A stretch of DNA of 64,000 nucleotides, from positions 76,260,001 through 76,324,000 of the forward strand of contig OZ024745.1 in assembly GCA_964016885.1 (NCBI GenBank), written 5' to 3'. Below, piece by piece: positions 12,105 through 24,868 of this stretch (position 1 is its first letter; each line of letters starts with the position of its first letter). Source of the stretch: Eledone cirrhosa. Its lineage: Eukaryota. The notes beneath the pieces were generated by a model. That model was not told where the DNA came from and did not search any database. It saw only the letters and a list, made by a program, of their open reading frames with translations. The position numbers and the translations under genes are program-made.

Positions 12105-13440
12105 CCATCATCAACGTTTTTATGTCTATTTTTTCCATGCTTGCATGATGGGTTGGACATGTTCTTTTGTTCCTTCATCATTTCAGTGAGTTTCAACAAT
12201 TTTAGATCAGCCCTCACCTCCTCTCCCTAGGGCTTCCTTGGTCGAGATTTCCTGGCACCTCTTCACCCAGCAATCACCATCCATGTGTATTACTTGTCCA
12301 CAACAACACACTTTTCTTTCTTGCACACTACTTCTGATTCCTCTTAAACACTGTTTTTCTCTCAGTTCACCCAAACTCTGCTGTTCTCTCACATTAACAT
12401 TGCACATCCATCAAAACATGCTTGCTTTATTTCTCTCCAGCTTATAACTATCCTCTGCAGTCACTGCCTATACATTACTACTGTGCAGCATTGCACTTCA
12501 CACATAGGCGTCATGCAGCCATCCTTTCATTTGTAGGGAGAAACCTTTTGTTAACAAATGGAGTAGCTCTCTAAACTTCTATCGTATCCTTATTCTAGCT
12601 TCTATGCTCTCAAAGCATCCTCTTCTACTGCTAATTAGATCAACCAAGTAGCAGAAGCTATCAACTACTTCTATGAATCCTCCATGTGGTTGGAAAACAT
12701 TTTATATCACTGAAGCTCTTACTATTGATTACCTCTGTGCATCTATTATCTATGAAGTCTTCCTTTCCTGTTAGTCTGTCAGTTATCCTACTACACCGCT
12801 TGTGTACCCAAGATTTGCATAGTGTACATTGTATAGAGTTTCTGTCTACTCCTTTTTTGCATATTGAACAGGGCCTGTCCTTTTTCCTACTTACTAACAC
12901 TTGAGATTTTCTAAGCCCTTTTGATTGTAAAATCTGTTTCCACAGTTGGAACTTATTCTCTAGTTCCTCTATGGATTTAGCTATAAGAACCAGATCATCC
13001 ACATAAAGAAGTTCCTATGGACAACCAGTCATAGATTCCTTTGTTATAGCGTGGAGAACTATAATGAACAGAAGTGGGCTGAGGACCAAATCCTGATGAA
13101 CTACTGTACCCTGAATTCCTCACTAAACTCCTTTCCTACCTTCCCTTTACTGACAGTTCCTCTGTACATGGCTTGCACTCCTCTCACAATTCTTCAACAC
13201 CTAATATTCTTAAGGACCACCAGATAACAAATCAAGGTACTCTGTCAAAGGCTTTTTCTAGATCAACAAAAGCTAAATATAGTGGCTTATTCTTGGCTAG
13301 GAACTTCTCTTGTAGTTGTCTCTTTAGGAAGAAAAACCAAACAGTATCTCATCTAATTTGACTCTTTTCATCACTTTCATAACTTGGTACATTAATTTTA
13401 TTCTCTTGTAGTTGCTCCTTTCTATTACCTTGTAGCAATT
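12105..13440 (-). mobile_element. Degenerate RTE LINE (same family as 2478-3532)
   Basis: ORFs 12661-13002 and 12207-12407: DDLVLIA, CSICKKG...CTLCKSWVHKRC. Confidence 0.85.
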
Positions 13441-14249
13441 TACAAAAATCTTATATATGTATCATCATCATCGTTTAACGTCTATCTTCCACACTAGCAT
13501 GGGTTTAGATGGGTATATATATATATATATATATATATCATGATCATCATTTAACATCTGCTTTTCCTGCTAGCAAGGGTTGGACATGTCTTCACAGACT
13601 GAGACAGTACTAAAGTGGGTCTACTGACCTCCCAGATAAGCCAGGAGACTGCCTCTTTCTTATAGTCCCACACTCTACTGAGTGCATTTTATTATGGCAT
13701 CAGCACTTGGGAGGTTGTCATGCTTTTGATACAACTGAAGGGGCTGCCCAACACTTTACTTTGACAAGCTTTCTATGGCTGGATGCCCTTCCTATCACTA
13801 CCCACTTTATTGAGTACATGCATCATGTAGATCACTAATACTAGAGAGGTTGTTGTGTACAGAGTCTGAAATGCTATTAGTCATTATTTTACACCCATTG
13901 TATATTTATTTCTAGGAAACTTTACAATGCTCCATGTATTAAATATGATAATACTAATCTCTCAAAGCAACTGTCACAGGATTTAGACCTCTGGTGTTAT
14001 GCTGTATTGCAGAAAACCCACCTTCCCATATACACAGGATGAAACAAATATGTTGAGGACACTAGCCATTTACTAATCGTCCCCCATCCTCACCAAACAA
14101 AATATCTCACTCGCCTCCACCATGTCCAAATTGCAAACTCCATCCCCTCCCACCTTCCATGCTTCTGAGGTACCTCTCCTGGAAAGCTGGTCACACTCCA
14201 AATTTTCTCTCCCCATTCCCATGACAAAAAAACACTTTGTCCACCCTGT

Positions 14250-14730
14250 TTGGCAATCTGGTGCCACATCTTGTAGGGTGGTTGTACTGGTAACATGATA
14301 AGAAGCAGAAACAAAAGCACTCTACAAGATGGTTGTGCTGGTTACATTTCATGAGAGCCCCAGTCCACCCTGTACAGAGGTTGTGCTGCTCACATGACAG
14401 AAAGTACTCAGTTCATCCTGTTAGGTTGTCGTGCTGGTGATACAAGAAAAAACACTGTCTTCGCTGTAAGGTGGTCATGCTGGTGACATGATGAAAGGTG
14501 CCCAGTTCCTTCTGTTAGATGTCTTTTTGGTGCCACGATAAAAAGTACCCAGTCCACACTATAACGCAGTTGATGTTAGGAAGGACATCCTACCATAGAA
14601 ACCAAGCTAAAATATAGATCCATATGAGCAAGATGTAGTCTCCTGAGTCCTGACATGACTTGTCTCATAACACAACCACACATCTAATCCATGCAAGCGT
14701 GGAAAATGCACATTAAATGACGATAACTTA
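14250..14730 (+). repeat. Degenerate ~43-bp tandem repeats merging into a SINE 3' half
   Basis: Recurrent ggttgtgctggtgacatga...cccagtcca...ctgt units followed by SINE tail ...catgcaagcgtggaaaatgcacattaaatgacgat. Confidence 0.55.
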
Positions 14731-15211
14731 TCTATAGATGTTGTTTATCTACTAAAACAATTTCTTAAATACTACCCTATAAGGGGACGTCTACATTATA
14801 TTAAGACAAGTGGTCATAGTTGGAATGTCTTTCAGCAGAGGCTGACCTGCAACTAAATAACAAGCTTCTTCAATTTATTATATAATTTATTGGATGATTT
14901 AAAAAAATATTTCACCTAAAAAGAATAATCCTTAGCAATTTCTAATGATTAATCTACTATATACTTTGTTTACGAACTTGTTTTACAAAGTTTTTGATGT
15001 GAAATTGTGAGTTAAAACCAATATTGGAAGCATCATGGTGCTATAATAACACACCATTTGAGTTTCACTTCAGTTTTATCAGTAACCATCCTGTTACTAA
15101 ACTGAGGAATGGAATAATTACTTCACTCTGTTTTAAAATTCTCAATACATGTGTTTCACTCACAAAGTTGGCTTAAAAACCATTGGTAATTACATAAATG
15201 AATTACAATGT

Positions 15212-15557
15212 ATCATCATCATCATTTCATATTCTGTCCGCTTTTTCCCTGCTTGCAAGGGTGGGATGGGAACTGACTCTGGCTTGATTTCTACAGCTGG
15301 ATGCCCTTCCTAACACCAACCTCATTTACAGTGAGTGCTGGGTGCTTTTTTTTTTTCCGTGGCGCCTCCACGACCACTTTGCAGTGGAATGATAGGGACC
15401 CCAGTCCCTATCATCTCATTTCTACAGCTGAGTAGACTGGAGCAATGTGAAATAAAGTGTCTTGCTCAAGGAAACAACACATCACCTGGTCTGAGAATTG
15501 AACTCACAACCTTTCGATTGCAAGGCCAATGCTCTAACCACTAAGCCATGTGCCTCC
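15212..15557 (-). mobile_element. tRNA-derived SINE family 2 (~345 bp, CORE-like centre, RTE-like tail)
   Basis: Head GGAGGCACATGGCTTAGTGGTTAGAG...GAGTTCAATTC, centre CCTTGAGCAAGACACTT, tail CCCTTGCAAGCAGGGAAAA...(ATG)n; near-identical copies at 39228-39570 (+), 47704-48049 (+), partial 52625-52810 (+). Confidence 0.85.
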
Positions 15558-15599
15558 ATTAATTAATATTTAAAAAAGGAAAGGGCTCTAGGGTCACAG

Positions 15600-16060
15600 A
15601 AGAATGGGAGGGGGGTGTTGGGGCTGTACCCTGCGGACAAGACTGCAAAAGCATTACAATGGCCAGTGACACCCGCTGCAACAGCCACCCCACCTCGCAG
15701 GGCTCCTTCTTCAGACTGGCTGCCAACGGTCCGATCTTGCAGTGGAGCTCGGCAGTACGGGGTCCGACTATGCCCGAGGTCTCGATGGTGACCGGTGCGA
15801 AGAAGCAGCTGAACAATCCCTGGTATTTGCTTGTCTTCCTGTCCTCTGCATTTCCGGCCACAGTACTGGGGTTTGAGGCCGAAGCAACTAAGTTGGAGGT
15901 GGAGAACGTGTCACAATATATGGCGTCCCAGATGAGGGATCTACCTCCTTCGAATGGGAAAAGGGTAATTCCGTCAGGACGCTTGCCGTCTCCATGGTCG
16001 AGGCCTGCTGGCTCCAGTTATGAAGGGAAGCCAGCTGCGTCCAGGGTCCTCAATATGTTG
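15600..16060 (-). mobile_element. CRE-clade non-LTR retrotransposon 3' fragment (restriction-like endonuclease)
   Basis: Minus strand: RPDGITLFPFEGGRSLIWD...EDRKTSKY...FAPVTIETSG...LQRVSLAI. Confidence 0.75.
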
Positions 16061-16074
16061 TTGAGAGCAGCCTA

Positions 16075-16640
16075 TAAGTGGACTGACAGTATCAGTAGAG
16101 CATCAGACACTAAAATTTTGCGGCATAGAGTTATGGTCCTTTACGTTCTGAGTTCAAATCCTGCCGAGGTTAGCTTCACCTTTCATCCTTGCAGGATCGA
16201 TAAAATAAAGCACCAGTAATGCACTGGGGTAGAATTAATCGACTTTTCCCTCTCCCCAGATTGCTGGCCTTGTGCCGGTGGATTGGCAGTATCGGACGTC
16301 ATGCTTTGATGCATAGAGTTACGGTCCTTTCCATTCTCAGTTCAAATCCCGCCAAGATCAACTTTGCCTTTCATCCTTACAGGCTCGATAAAATAAAGTA
16401 CCAGGAATGTACTGAGTAATTGCTGGCCTTGTGCCAAAAGTAGAAACAATTATACATATTAGCAGTATCGGTAGTGCATCAGACACCATACTTTGTAGCG
16501 TAGAGTTATGGCCCTTTACGTTCTGAATTCAAATGACGCCGAGGTTAAATTTGCCATTCATCTTTACGGGGTCGATGAAATAAAGTACAAGTAATTCACT
16601 GTTATAATTGCTGGCCTTGTGCCAAAAGTAAGAACTATTA
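16075..16640 (+). repeat. Head-to-tail array of three diverged family-1 SINEs
   Basis: Three successive B-box/central/tail blocks at ~16075-16275, ~16278-16452, ~16460-16640. Confidence 0.8.
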
Positions 16641-17307
16641 TTATACATAATAGAAAACAAAATAAAATAAATCATTATTGGCGGCACAGGTCCACTATGA
16701 TATGTATATATAGTAATAATAATAAATGTGAAGACTAAAATCCAAAGTTAAGGGTGAAAGCAGCGATTCTTTGCTTAAACTTTAATCTGTTATTTTAATA
16801 AATATATATACATATAATTGTTTCTACTTTTTGCACAAGGCCAGCAATAACCCAGTGGCATTACTGGTACTTTATTTTATCGACCCCTTAAGGATGAAAG
16901 GCAAAGTTAACCTCGGCGGGATTTGAACTCAGACCGCAAAGGGCCGTAACTCTATGCTGCAAAACATGGTGTCCGACACTCACGAACGTTATCCGAATCT
17001 TTTTCGTTGTGACAAAATCTATTTCCGTTTTACGTGTTGAAATGAAAGTATTAAAGAGCTCTTCTATATCAAACAAATTACGTCCCCTTAAGTAACCGAA
17101 GTACGTTCTATAAATGTATTTAACCGCATAAGAAAATAGCATTAATATTTAAAAGTGATTTCACTGTTAAATTTTATATTTCAGATTTATTCAATGTAGT
17201 CTAGAGCAATATTAAAATTATTACACTTATTTTATTCGAAAAAAAATTAGGACATTAACAGTATTATTAGAAACGTTGTTGATCAGTTCTGTATTCATTC
17301 GCCTACG

Positions 17308-17333
17308 TCCTTTTTACAATCCTTTTCACTCTT
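17308..17333 (+). promoter_or_regulatory. Probable TCT/5'TOP pyrimidine start region of RPS26
   Basis: TCCTTTTT and CCTTTTCACTCTT tracts just upstream of the ATG of a ribosomal protein gene. Confidence 0.6.
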
Positions 17334-17344
17334 GAAATATCAGA

Positions 17345-17347
17345 ATG
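17345..17347 (+). CDS. RPS26: RPS26 exon 1 (ATG only)
   Basis: cagaATG|GTGAGT; an ATG-only first coding exon is typical of animal RPS26. Confidence 0.85.
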
Positions 17348-17750
17348 GTGAGTGTGTTATATTTCTCTCCGTGTATTTCGTCTTTATTTTCTTCTAAAAA
17401 TATTTAATTTACTTACTCCATAGTCAATTATAATATTGCTTTAGCATATCATAGATTCTGATAAATACTTTGTGAATTGTTTTATGAGTAAAGTTAATAG
17501 ATTTATACACATTTATACAAAATGGCTACAGCCGACTGTGTTAAAATGCTTTTTAACACGTGGGTTGAATCCTAATTTCTATTCAGTCCTTTATATCTTT
17601 CATGTTGATATCGGAAGGGTTTTTGGATAATTTAAGTATTAACTATTTCTATCAAACCTACTCGTTTTGATTAATTAACTTTTAGGGCTTATAAATTTGG
17701 ATTTCAAGATTTAGCTGCCTCTTGTAATCCGAATTTTTCATTTATTTCAG

Positions 17751-17928
17751 ACCTCGAAAAGACGAAATAACGGACGTGGTAAGAAAGGCCGTGGCCATGT
17801 AAAATACATTCGTTGCACTAATTGTGCACGATGTGTACCCAAAGATAAGGCTATCAAGAAATTCGTTATAAGAAATATTGTTGAAGCAGCTGCCGTCAGA
17901 GATATCTCGGATGCCAGTGTCTATGAAG
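17751..17928 (+). CDS. RPS26: 40S ribosomal protein S26 (eS26) exon 2
   Basis: tttcAG|...GAA G|GT; [59 protein letters not shown]. Confidence 0.98.
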
Positions 17929-19562
17929 GTTTGCTTTTTAGTTTTCTTTTTCACTCATTCCGTTGTTTAATTTGAGTATGTAATCAAAGACGCACCTGTC
18001 GAATATTGTCCGTAAGATTTCTGTATCTTGTTTAATCCCATATTAAGGTGTCTAAAATTGTCATTGGATAATACCTGTTTTGGGGCGATTTTCATTTCTC
18101 TAAAGCTTATAAGTACGCGACCAAATATAAATTGGTATACTAATTAAAAACAAATTTCTTTAGTTAAATATTACGGCAGTATATCAACTAGACTTCATAT
18201 ACGAATATGAACCTGCGATTCATACGAGGTATCTCGAAAGCTGAACAGAATATTAAGGAAAGCTTCAGGTGCGACATGAATTGTAAAGTAAACAACAATT
18301 CCCATCTTACATTCAGTAATTATTTTGAACCACCGGTTATTTTCCTTCCATGGCTCCATGTGAATATAACTAAAATCTTAGCGGGCGATTCTTCTTTGTT
18401 TTAGTTGTAAACAATGACTTGAGTAATTTCCATTTGTTTTTTTTGGGGGGATGCCAAACAGACATTTAACAATATATACTTGAGTGTTCGGCAAATGTAC
18501 GGAGATATTGCCGAAGTCATTGCTTATATCGCCTAGACCTAAGACGAAGATCGCCCCTTAACGTGTGTTTTTGATTCGACAGTCACAACTAAATGATAAT
18601 GAAACAATCATTTTTTTTTTAATTGGTCAAAGAAATGTAAAAATAATTATATCCGCATTCCTTAAGAGTGAATCCAGCTATTGCCACACAATGTTATTAA
18701 TGGCAGTATCGGTAGAGAGTCGGACGCCATGCTTTCCAGCATAGTTACGGACTGAGTTCAAATCCCGGCCGAGGTTAACTTTGCCTTTCATCCTTTCTGG
18801 GTCGATAAAATAAAGTACCAGTAATGTACTGGGTAATTGCTGACCTTGTGCCAAAAGTAGAAACAATTAAATTTTTGTTTAACGTCCATTTTCCATGCTA
18901 GCATGGATGGGTCGTCCCATTTCGAGGAAGTTGGGTCAGGTGACTGTGTCTTGCTCATCGGACTGTTTCTGGCTAGGTTTCTACGACTGGATGTCTTTCC
19001 TAACGCCAACCACATTTACAGTGTTGGTTGGGTGCTTTTTGTCGTGATTCCTAATAGATCGGATTTATCACCGATTCGCCGGGTGTTTAGAGGGATATTT
19101 GACTGTTGTTTCTACTAAGCCATTGTCTTGGAAAGTTGCAGATAGCTCCCAATGATCTGAGGAATAACTTAGTCACGTGAGTGATTTGTAGATTCGAATG
19201 AATTTCTTATAAAAATTGAAACAACAAACGACGGTGCCCCAACATGGTCTCAAGCTGTTGGCTGGAACACGTAATAGAATAAAGTATATATGTTTTGTTC
19301 TGTTGAATTTTAAGATATGTGTATGATGTCACAAGTTGGTGAGACCAGTAGACCGTTAGCTTCACTCACCTCGTATGACTAGCAGAATTTGATTTTCTTA
19401 TTGTTTGGTACGCTTTAAAATTAGGTTTTAAGGTTTTAAAATGAAGTTGTGTGTCATAAAACCAGGGCTGTATCTAAGGGATTAAGGCTCAAATGAGAAA
19501 TTTTGAAATTTCTTTTCAGTCAGTCTTTTTAATTGTTACCTAAGAAAGATGAACTGGAAAAA

Positions 19563-20284
19563 TCTATATATAATATAAAAGAGAGATGTTGGTGTATTCC
19601 TGCATCACACAAAAACGAAAGCTGACAATCTAAGTACACCAATGGAATAATGGTATACACCAGCGAAGAATAACATTTTGGGTATGCCAATTCGAATGCT
19701 ATTTCTAGCAGGTTGGGAGTCAACCATACCCTTATGGTTCTCTCTGCATTGTTAGAGATGCTCATGTAGTTTACACACACATTTATATATAATTATCTAT
19801 ATAATATAATAGATTGGAACTCCCATCATCATTTTGAGAAATCTGGACCTGCCATGTCTATGCAATGGCACATGCTTAAATCAAGTGGATGGTGAACCAT
19901 CTAGAAGTTATTTATTGGAGAAAATGCATTTATTCCCAAGATCCTCACATCCCTTACTTTACCGAGCTACCGTTCAAATTCTCAAGATTTCAGTTCCCAG
20001 TTAGAACCAGTTTTGCTGTGACCATAAATAAAGCTCAAGGTAGGATTGACTATGAGAGAATCGGTTTTTACCCATGGACAGTTATATGTTGGTTGTTCAC
20101 GAGTGGGAACGTCTAAAAATCTCATATCTCATATATACTATGCACAAATGGTAAAACAATCTAGAAGTTTTTTTTATTCCTTTTTTGTCCACACTCAACG
20201 GTCTCGTCTCATACTGTACAATACATTCAATACAGTCGTTTTCTCTTATCTGTTTACTCTGGCGAAGCTGAGTACATCAGCTAG
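19563..20284 (+). mobile_element. Non-autonomous Helitron carrying a Pif1-helicase remnant, in RPS26 intron 2
   Basis: A|TC 5' end, CTAG|T 3' end; IGTPIIILRNL..LCNGT, RFQFPVRTSFAVTINKAQG, VFTHGQLYVGCSRV. Confidence 0.8.
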
Positions 20285-20459
20285 TTATAAATGTGAGACA
20301 GTTTGATAAATTGATTTAAGTATCAGTTTTGTGTAATTATGAAGATAATGGAAATAAGCCACATCATAAAAAAAACTCTACTATAGTTTTTCTAGTTGCT
20401 GAAACAAACCCAATTATTTTGTATATATTTTAATTGTTGAACATTTATTTCTTTTACAG

Positions 20460-20596
20460 TGTATGCTCTCCCTAAATTATATGCAAAGCTACTTTACTGT
20501 GTATCATGTGCTATCCATTCAAAGATAGTTAGGAATCGTTCCCGAGAAGCCCGCAAAGATCGTACGCCACCTATTCGGTTCAGACCAATGCGCGGT
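20460..20596 (+). CDS. RPS26: RPS26 exon 3
   Basis: ttacAG|...CGC GGT|GTAAGT; (V)[45 protein letters not shown]. Confidence 0.98.
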
Positions 20597-21369
20597 GTAA
20601 GTATTCAATTCATCTAGACTTTGTTAGCAAGTGCAAGGCAATATAATTGTATTTGCTGCCAAATTTTTACTAATTCAGAACTACAATATGTCATCTAATA
20701 AGTTGTCCATAGAACAAAATTGAAGGCATAATGTAACTATTGTACTAATCACTACAATACAGCCATGTTGGTAAAACTTTAACAAATCGTAATATGCCCT
20801 TATTTTCATATCAGAAAAGTTCATCTGGCTGAAGTTGAACTCATAGTCCCAGTGAACAAAGTACAGTGGCTAAGGTGTGAATTATGAAAAATGGTAATAT
20901 AGGCAATGGATACGGCTGTGTAATAAAAAGCTTGCTTTGCAACCTCATTTTGTAGTTCGGTCCCAATGCCGTCTACAATAGCCTTCGCCTACTTATTCCT
21001 GCGAGGGTCTTGGGAGCAGTCTTCAGACACTCCTTCCAGCGGATCCTGTCAGAAGCAACCATCTCGCTTTGGGTCTCCTGCTGGTTGGTTTTGTAGGTGA
21101 AATTTGGCAAGGAGAGTGTTGTATATGTATGCAATTATGTTTACACCTTTTAAAAGTAGTTCAGTGACTGAAGCTAATAAAAGAATTTATATATATAGAT
21201 ATAATTTTGAATATTAGTTGAATAGATGCATGGTTGTATAAGGCCACTTACCCACCACATAAGTTATTACTCTGTGGTTTTATTCCATTGATATTTGCTT
21301 TTACAGTTGAGATTTTGTTAAAATATGATGTTGCTCCAGTATTTCATCAGCTGTGATGATGGTCTTTTT

Positions 21370-22215
21370 TTTTAAGCATGTACATGTTGAGCTTGCATGA
21401 GTTGGGTCGGTCTTTTCTAGTGCAGCATTCCTTCGTCATTTCTTCTGGATTGTTCAGTGTTTTAAGATCTGCTCTTACCCAGTTTTGTCCAGGTCTTTCT
21501 TGGTCTTCCCCTACAGCAGCTTTCCACTGAAAATTCTTGGCATTTCTTCACCTAATGAACAAATAATTTTTATTTCTACTTCCTATGCTGGCATGGGTTA
21601 AAGGGGTTGTTATGGTCTAAGACCTCTGTTCCATGTTTGGCATCGTTTTTAATGCTACCCACCTTACAGGGTGTATTGTGGCACCAACACATAGGAGGTT
21701 CTCTTCTCAAACTCCCGTATCTCCATTTGATAGCTAATCTGTGTAACCTCTGGTCTCACTATATTTACAGTCTTTTCATTATAGCTCTTGCTCTGCTTAC
21801 ACATCACCTGTCAGTACCATTGCAGTGGTCACTCTTATGCTACATTCAATTTCTCTTAGGTTCACTTGTGCTTTGTCGTTCACATACACAAACATTGAAT
21901 ATCCAGCTTCGTTTCTTTTTATCTCTTGCAAAGCTTCTGCACTTGGAGGTTCATATCTTATTGACATGTCACATAACAGGTCACTTAGATAGCTAATGCT
22001 TTCTGCCATTTCCTCTGAACATTTGAGAGTATTTTGAATACCTTTACTGTAGACAACCCCTGTGCATCTGCCATGTACAAAGTCTATCCTTACTGTTAAC
22101 CTACCTGTGAGCTCACTGTCCACACTGGGTACATTGTATGGATTTCTACATATTGAATATGACCATTCCCTTGATGGTAGCTGTCTTTCTCGTTTACTAA
22201 AACTTTGATCTTTAT
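21370..22215 (-). mobile_element. Highly degenerate RTE LINE fragment in RPS26 intron 3
   Basis: Nucleotide similarity to the 2478-3532 element (cttggtcttcccctacagcagc, acattgaatatccagc, gaccattcccttgatgg). Confidence 0.65.
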
Positions 22216-22588
22216 TTTGCTTGTTTGGAACTTCCCTGGTTCAATCATTTCATTTATGATTATTGTATTGCCTGCAATGTTTCATATTTACAAAGTGATG
22301 GAATATGTTGTACAATTTCTTATTTTGTTTTGGTTGCTGTTGAATATGAGAATTATGTCTGCAGTGTGTATTGGTCTTCACTTTGGCTTGAATCTATATT
22401 AGGATGTAAACATCCTAATGTTATTTCTTGTTGAAAAATAAATTTTAGCCAAGAACAACATTTAACAAGTTGGAAAAACCTTAGTTAATGCCACAGTGTG
22501 TTTGTTTCTTTTAATCTTTTACTTATGTTAGTCGTTTGATTTTTAAATTATTTGTATTGAAAATATCTTTTGTATTCTTTCTTTACAG

Positions 22589-22627
22589 GAAGGTGGACAG
22601 AATGCCAGACCTGGACAAGCCAAATAA
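22589..22627 (+). CDS. RPS26: RPS26 exon 4 (terminal)
   Basis: ctttacAG|GAA GGT...AAA TAA (EGGQNARPGQAK*); AATAAA at 22651-22656. Confidence 0.85.
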   Translation, partial: EGGQNARPGQAK

Positions 22628-22689
22628 ATTGTTCGGTATGTCAAATAGGAAATAAAGCAGATTTTGTCTATACTTTAATTTGTTTCATC

Positions 22690-24440
22690 TTTTTTAAAAA
22701 TATTCCTTTTGTTTTTCTCTTCTACTTATTCCTCAAACATTCCCTCCAGTGGGTCCTGTCAAAAGCAACCATCTCCAACTGATTCGGCTGGATCCCCGAG
22801 CATGACCAACCAAGCTCATGGATGTTATTCAACCATCTTACTCTCAAATTTGCAGAAGTAGCGGCTTTACCTAGAGTGCCTCTCTGATCTCTGAGCTTTA
22901 TCAAGTAACGTTACTCCAAAGATCTTTCGGAGGAATCCCAATTCAGGCGCTTGTATTTTCGATCATATTCTTTCGGTCATTACCCAAGAATTGAAGATAG
23001 CGAATATGGCTTTTACGCCTACCCCTCTTATGATTACTGAATTCTGAAGCTGGCACATTACTGGACCAGCTTTTGTAATTCTTGCACTTAATTCAGCCTC
23101 TTGCCTTCTATCACTTGTGAACACATCCTTGAGGTACTTGAACTTTTCTACCTGCTTCAGTGGAGCTCCATTCACATAGCGTGCACTGCACAAGCTTCCT
23201 TGAGAGGATGAGTGTCTCAGTTTTCGCAGCACTGATTTTCATTCCAGCCATACAGCACTCAGCATCAAACCTATCAAGTGCAAGTCGATCTTCTGTCAAG
23301 TTGAGTAACCATATTGTCTGTAAATTTCAGCTGATTGATTTTACACCTGCCAGTCATACCATTTCCAACCTGGCTGCGCATGTCAATTCTGTTCATGAAA
23401 ATAATGAACAGGAAAGGTGATAGTATGCACCCATGGCGGAGTCCAACTCCCACATTGAATGGTTTCAATTTAACACTATTTATCCCAAAACAAATACTCG
23501 GGCTTTTCTATAGATACATCAGGGCAGCAAGAAGCTGATCATCAATCCCATAATCATGAACAGCCTACCTCAACAGGTCCCAAGGAATGCGGTCATATGC
23601 TTTCTCAAGGTTGACAAAACAAGAATATACTCCCTCGATTTCTCAAATTCCTGCTGCAGTGAATATTTGTTTGGCTATGCTGCATCCAGGGCGAAAGCTA
23701 CACTGTTCATCAGCTAGCTTGGACTCAACAATCTCCCTGCATCTCTTTGCCAGACACTTAGCATATAGGATTAACAAAGAGATGCCTCCATAATTAGAAC
23801 AATCTCTTGTCTCCCTTTTTGAAAATTCAGATTGCCATTGCTTAAGCTTAAGTGCTCTTCCAGATGTCCAGGCCACCTGGTCTGGTACACAAGTCAACAA
23901 GAGAATACCTTCTCTATTTAAGGCTTTTAGCATCTTTGGCTGGATTTCATCTTCCTCAGTGGCTTTGCCACATTTGAGCTCTTGCAACCTCAGCCTCTGA
24001 GAGATTAGTCACTGCTCCCAGATGCACCTTGTGTACATCCGAAGATGCTGTTGTGAGTTTAGGAGATCAAAGTATTCTTTGCACTTCTGAAGAGAGAATC
24101 CCAGGTGCGTTCTTGATAAGTGTGGAGGAGGGCTTATTACAAAGTCAGCAGGTCTGCCAGAACACTTTATTTGCTGATCTGAAGTTCTAAGTCCTCGCAT
24201 GTCTTGACTTTGGACACTTTTACTGTCTCTGCTACGATTTTTCATGCTTGCTTGTACCACAAGTGCAAGGAGGAGGACTTATTTCCAAGCCAAACTTTGT
24301 GAGCCTCCTTTGCTCAGATGGCATTTTTTTTCTCATATATTTAAAATGAACATTAGTTTGATTCCTAAACCAGGTGGTATGTTGTCCTTGAATGGGACAT
24401 TTCATTCCATATTACTCTTGTGGCAGACTGGTGTTTGATT
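22690..24440 (-). mobile_element. Second RTE-like LINE family, RT half (degenerate)
   Basis: FNVGVGLRHGCILSPFLFIIFM, SNYGGISLL, DEQCSFRPG, KQVEKFKYL. Confidence 0.8.
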
Positions 24441-24868
24441 CAAAGAAGTATCAATTGGGGTCCCTATCATTAACTCTTTTGTTGCCATATTTCTAGTGAA
24501 ATATATAGCCTATGTTTTAATCAGTCTTGAAATTATTCAGAAATTGGGCGAAGTTAATAAAATAGTCAATTTTTTCATTAGTAAACTGATGTTTGAACAC
24601 ATAGCACAGAGTTATAAAATATAACTGATGGAGGTTAGATAAATATGAAAAGTTTTGTACAAAACAAAGAGCAGGTTGCTATCAAAAACACCTGAGCCAT
24701 CTATGAAATGCACCTGTAAAGAGGGTTGGCTAAACCTACATAGGAGTGAGCAGTAACATTCTAAGAGGCCCATCAGTTATTGAAAGCAGATAGTATGAAG
24801 TATACTTAATTGGACTTTCCTCTTTTGCAATTTAACATAAACACTCATTTTAGTTAAACAAGATTTTA

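Noticed and set aside
15480-15557. tRNA-like heads of SINEs (also 2161, 39228, 47704)
   Set aside because: No complete cloverleaf; they continue into a SINE body and tail
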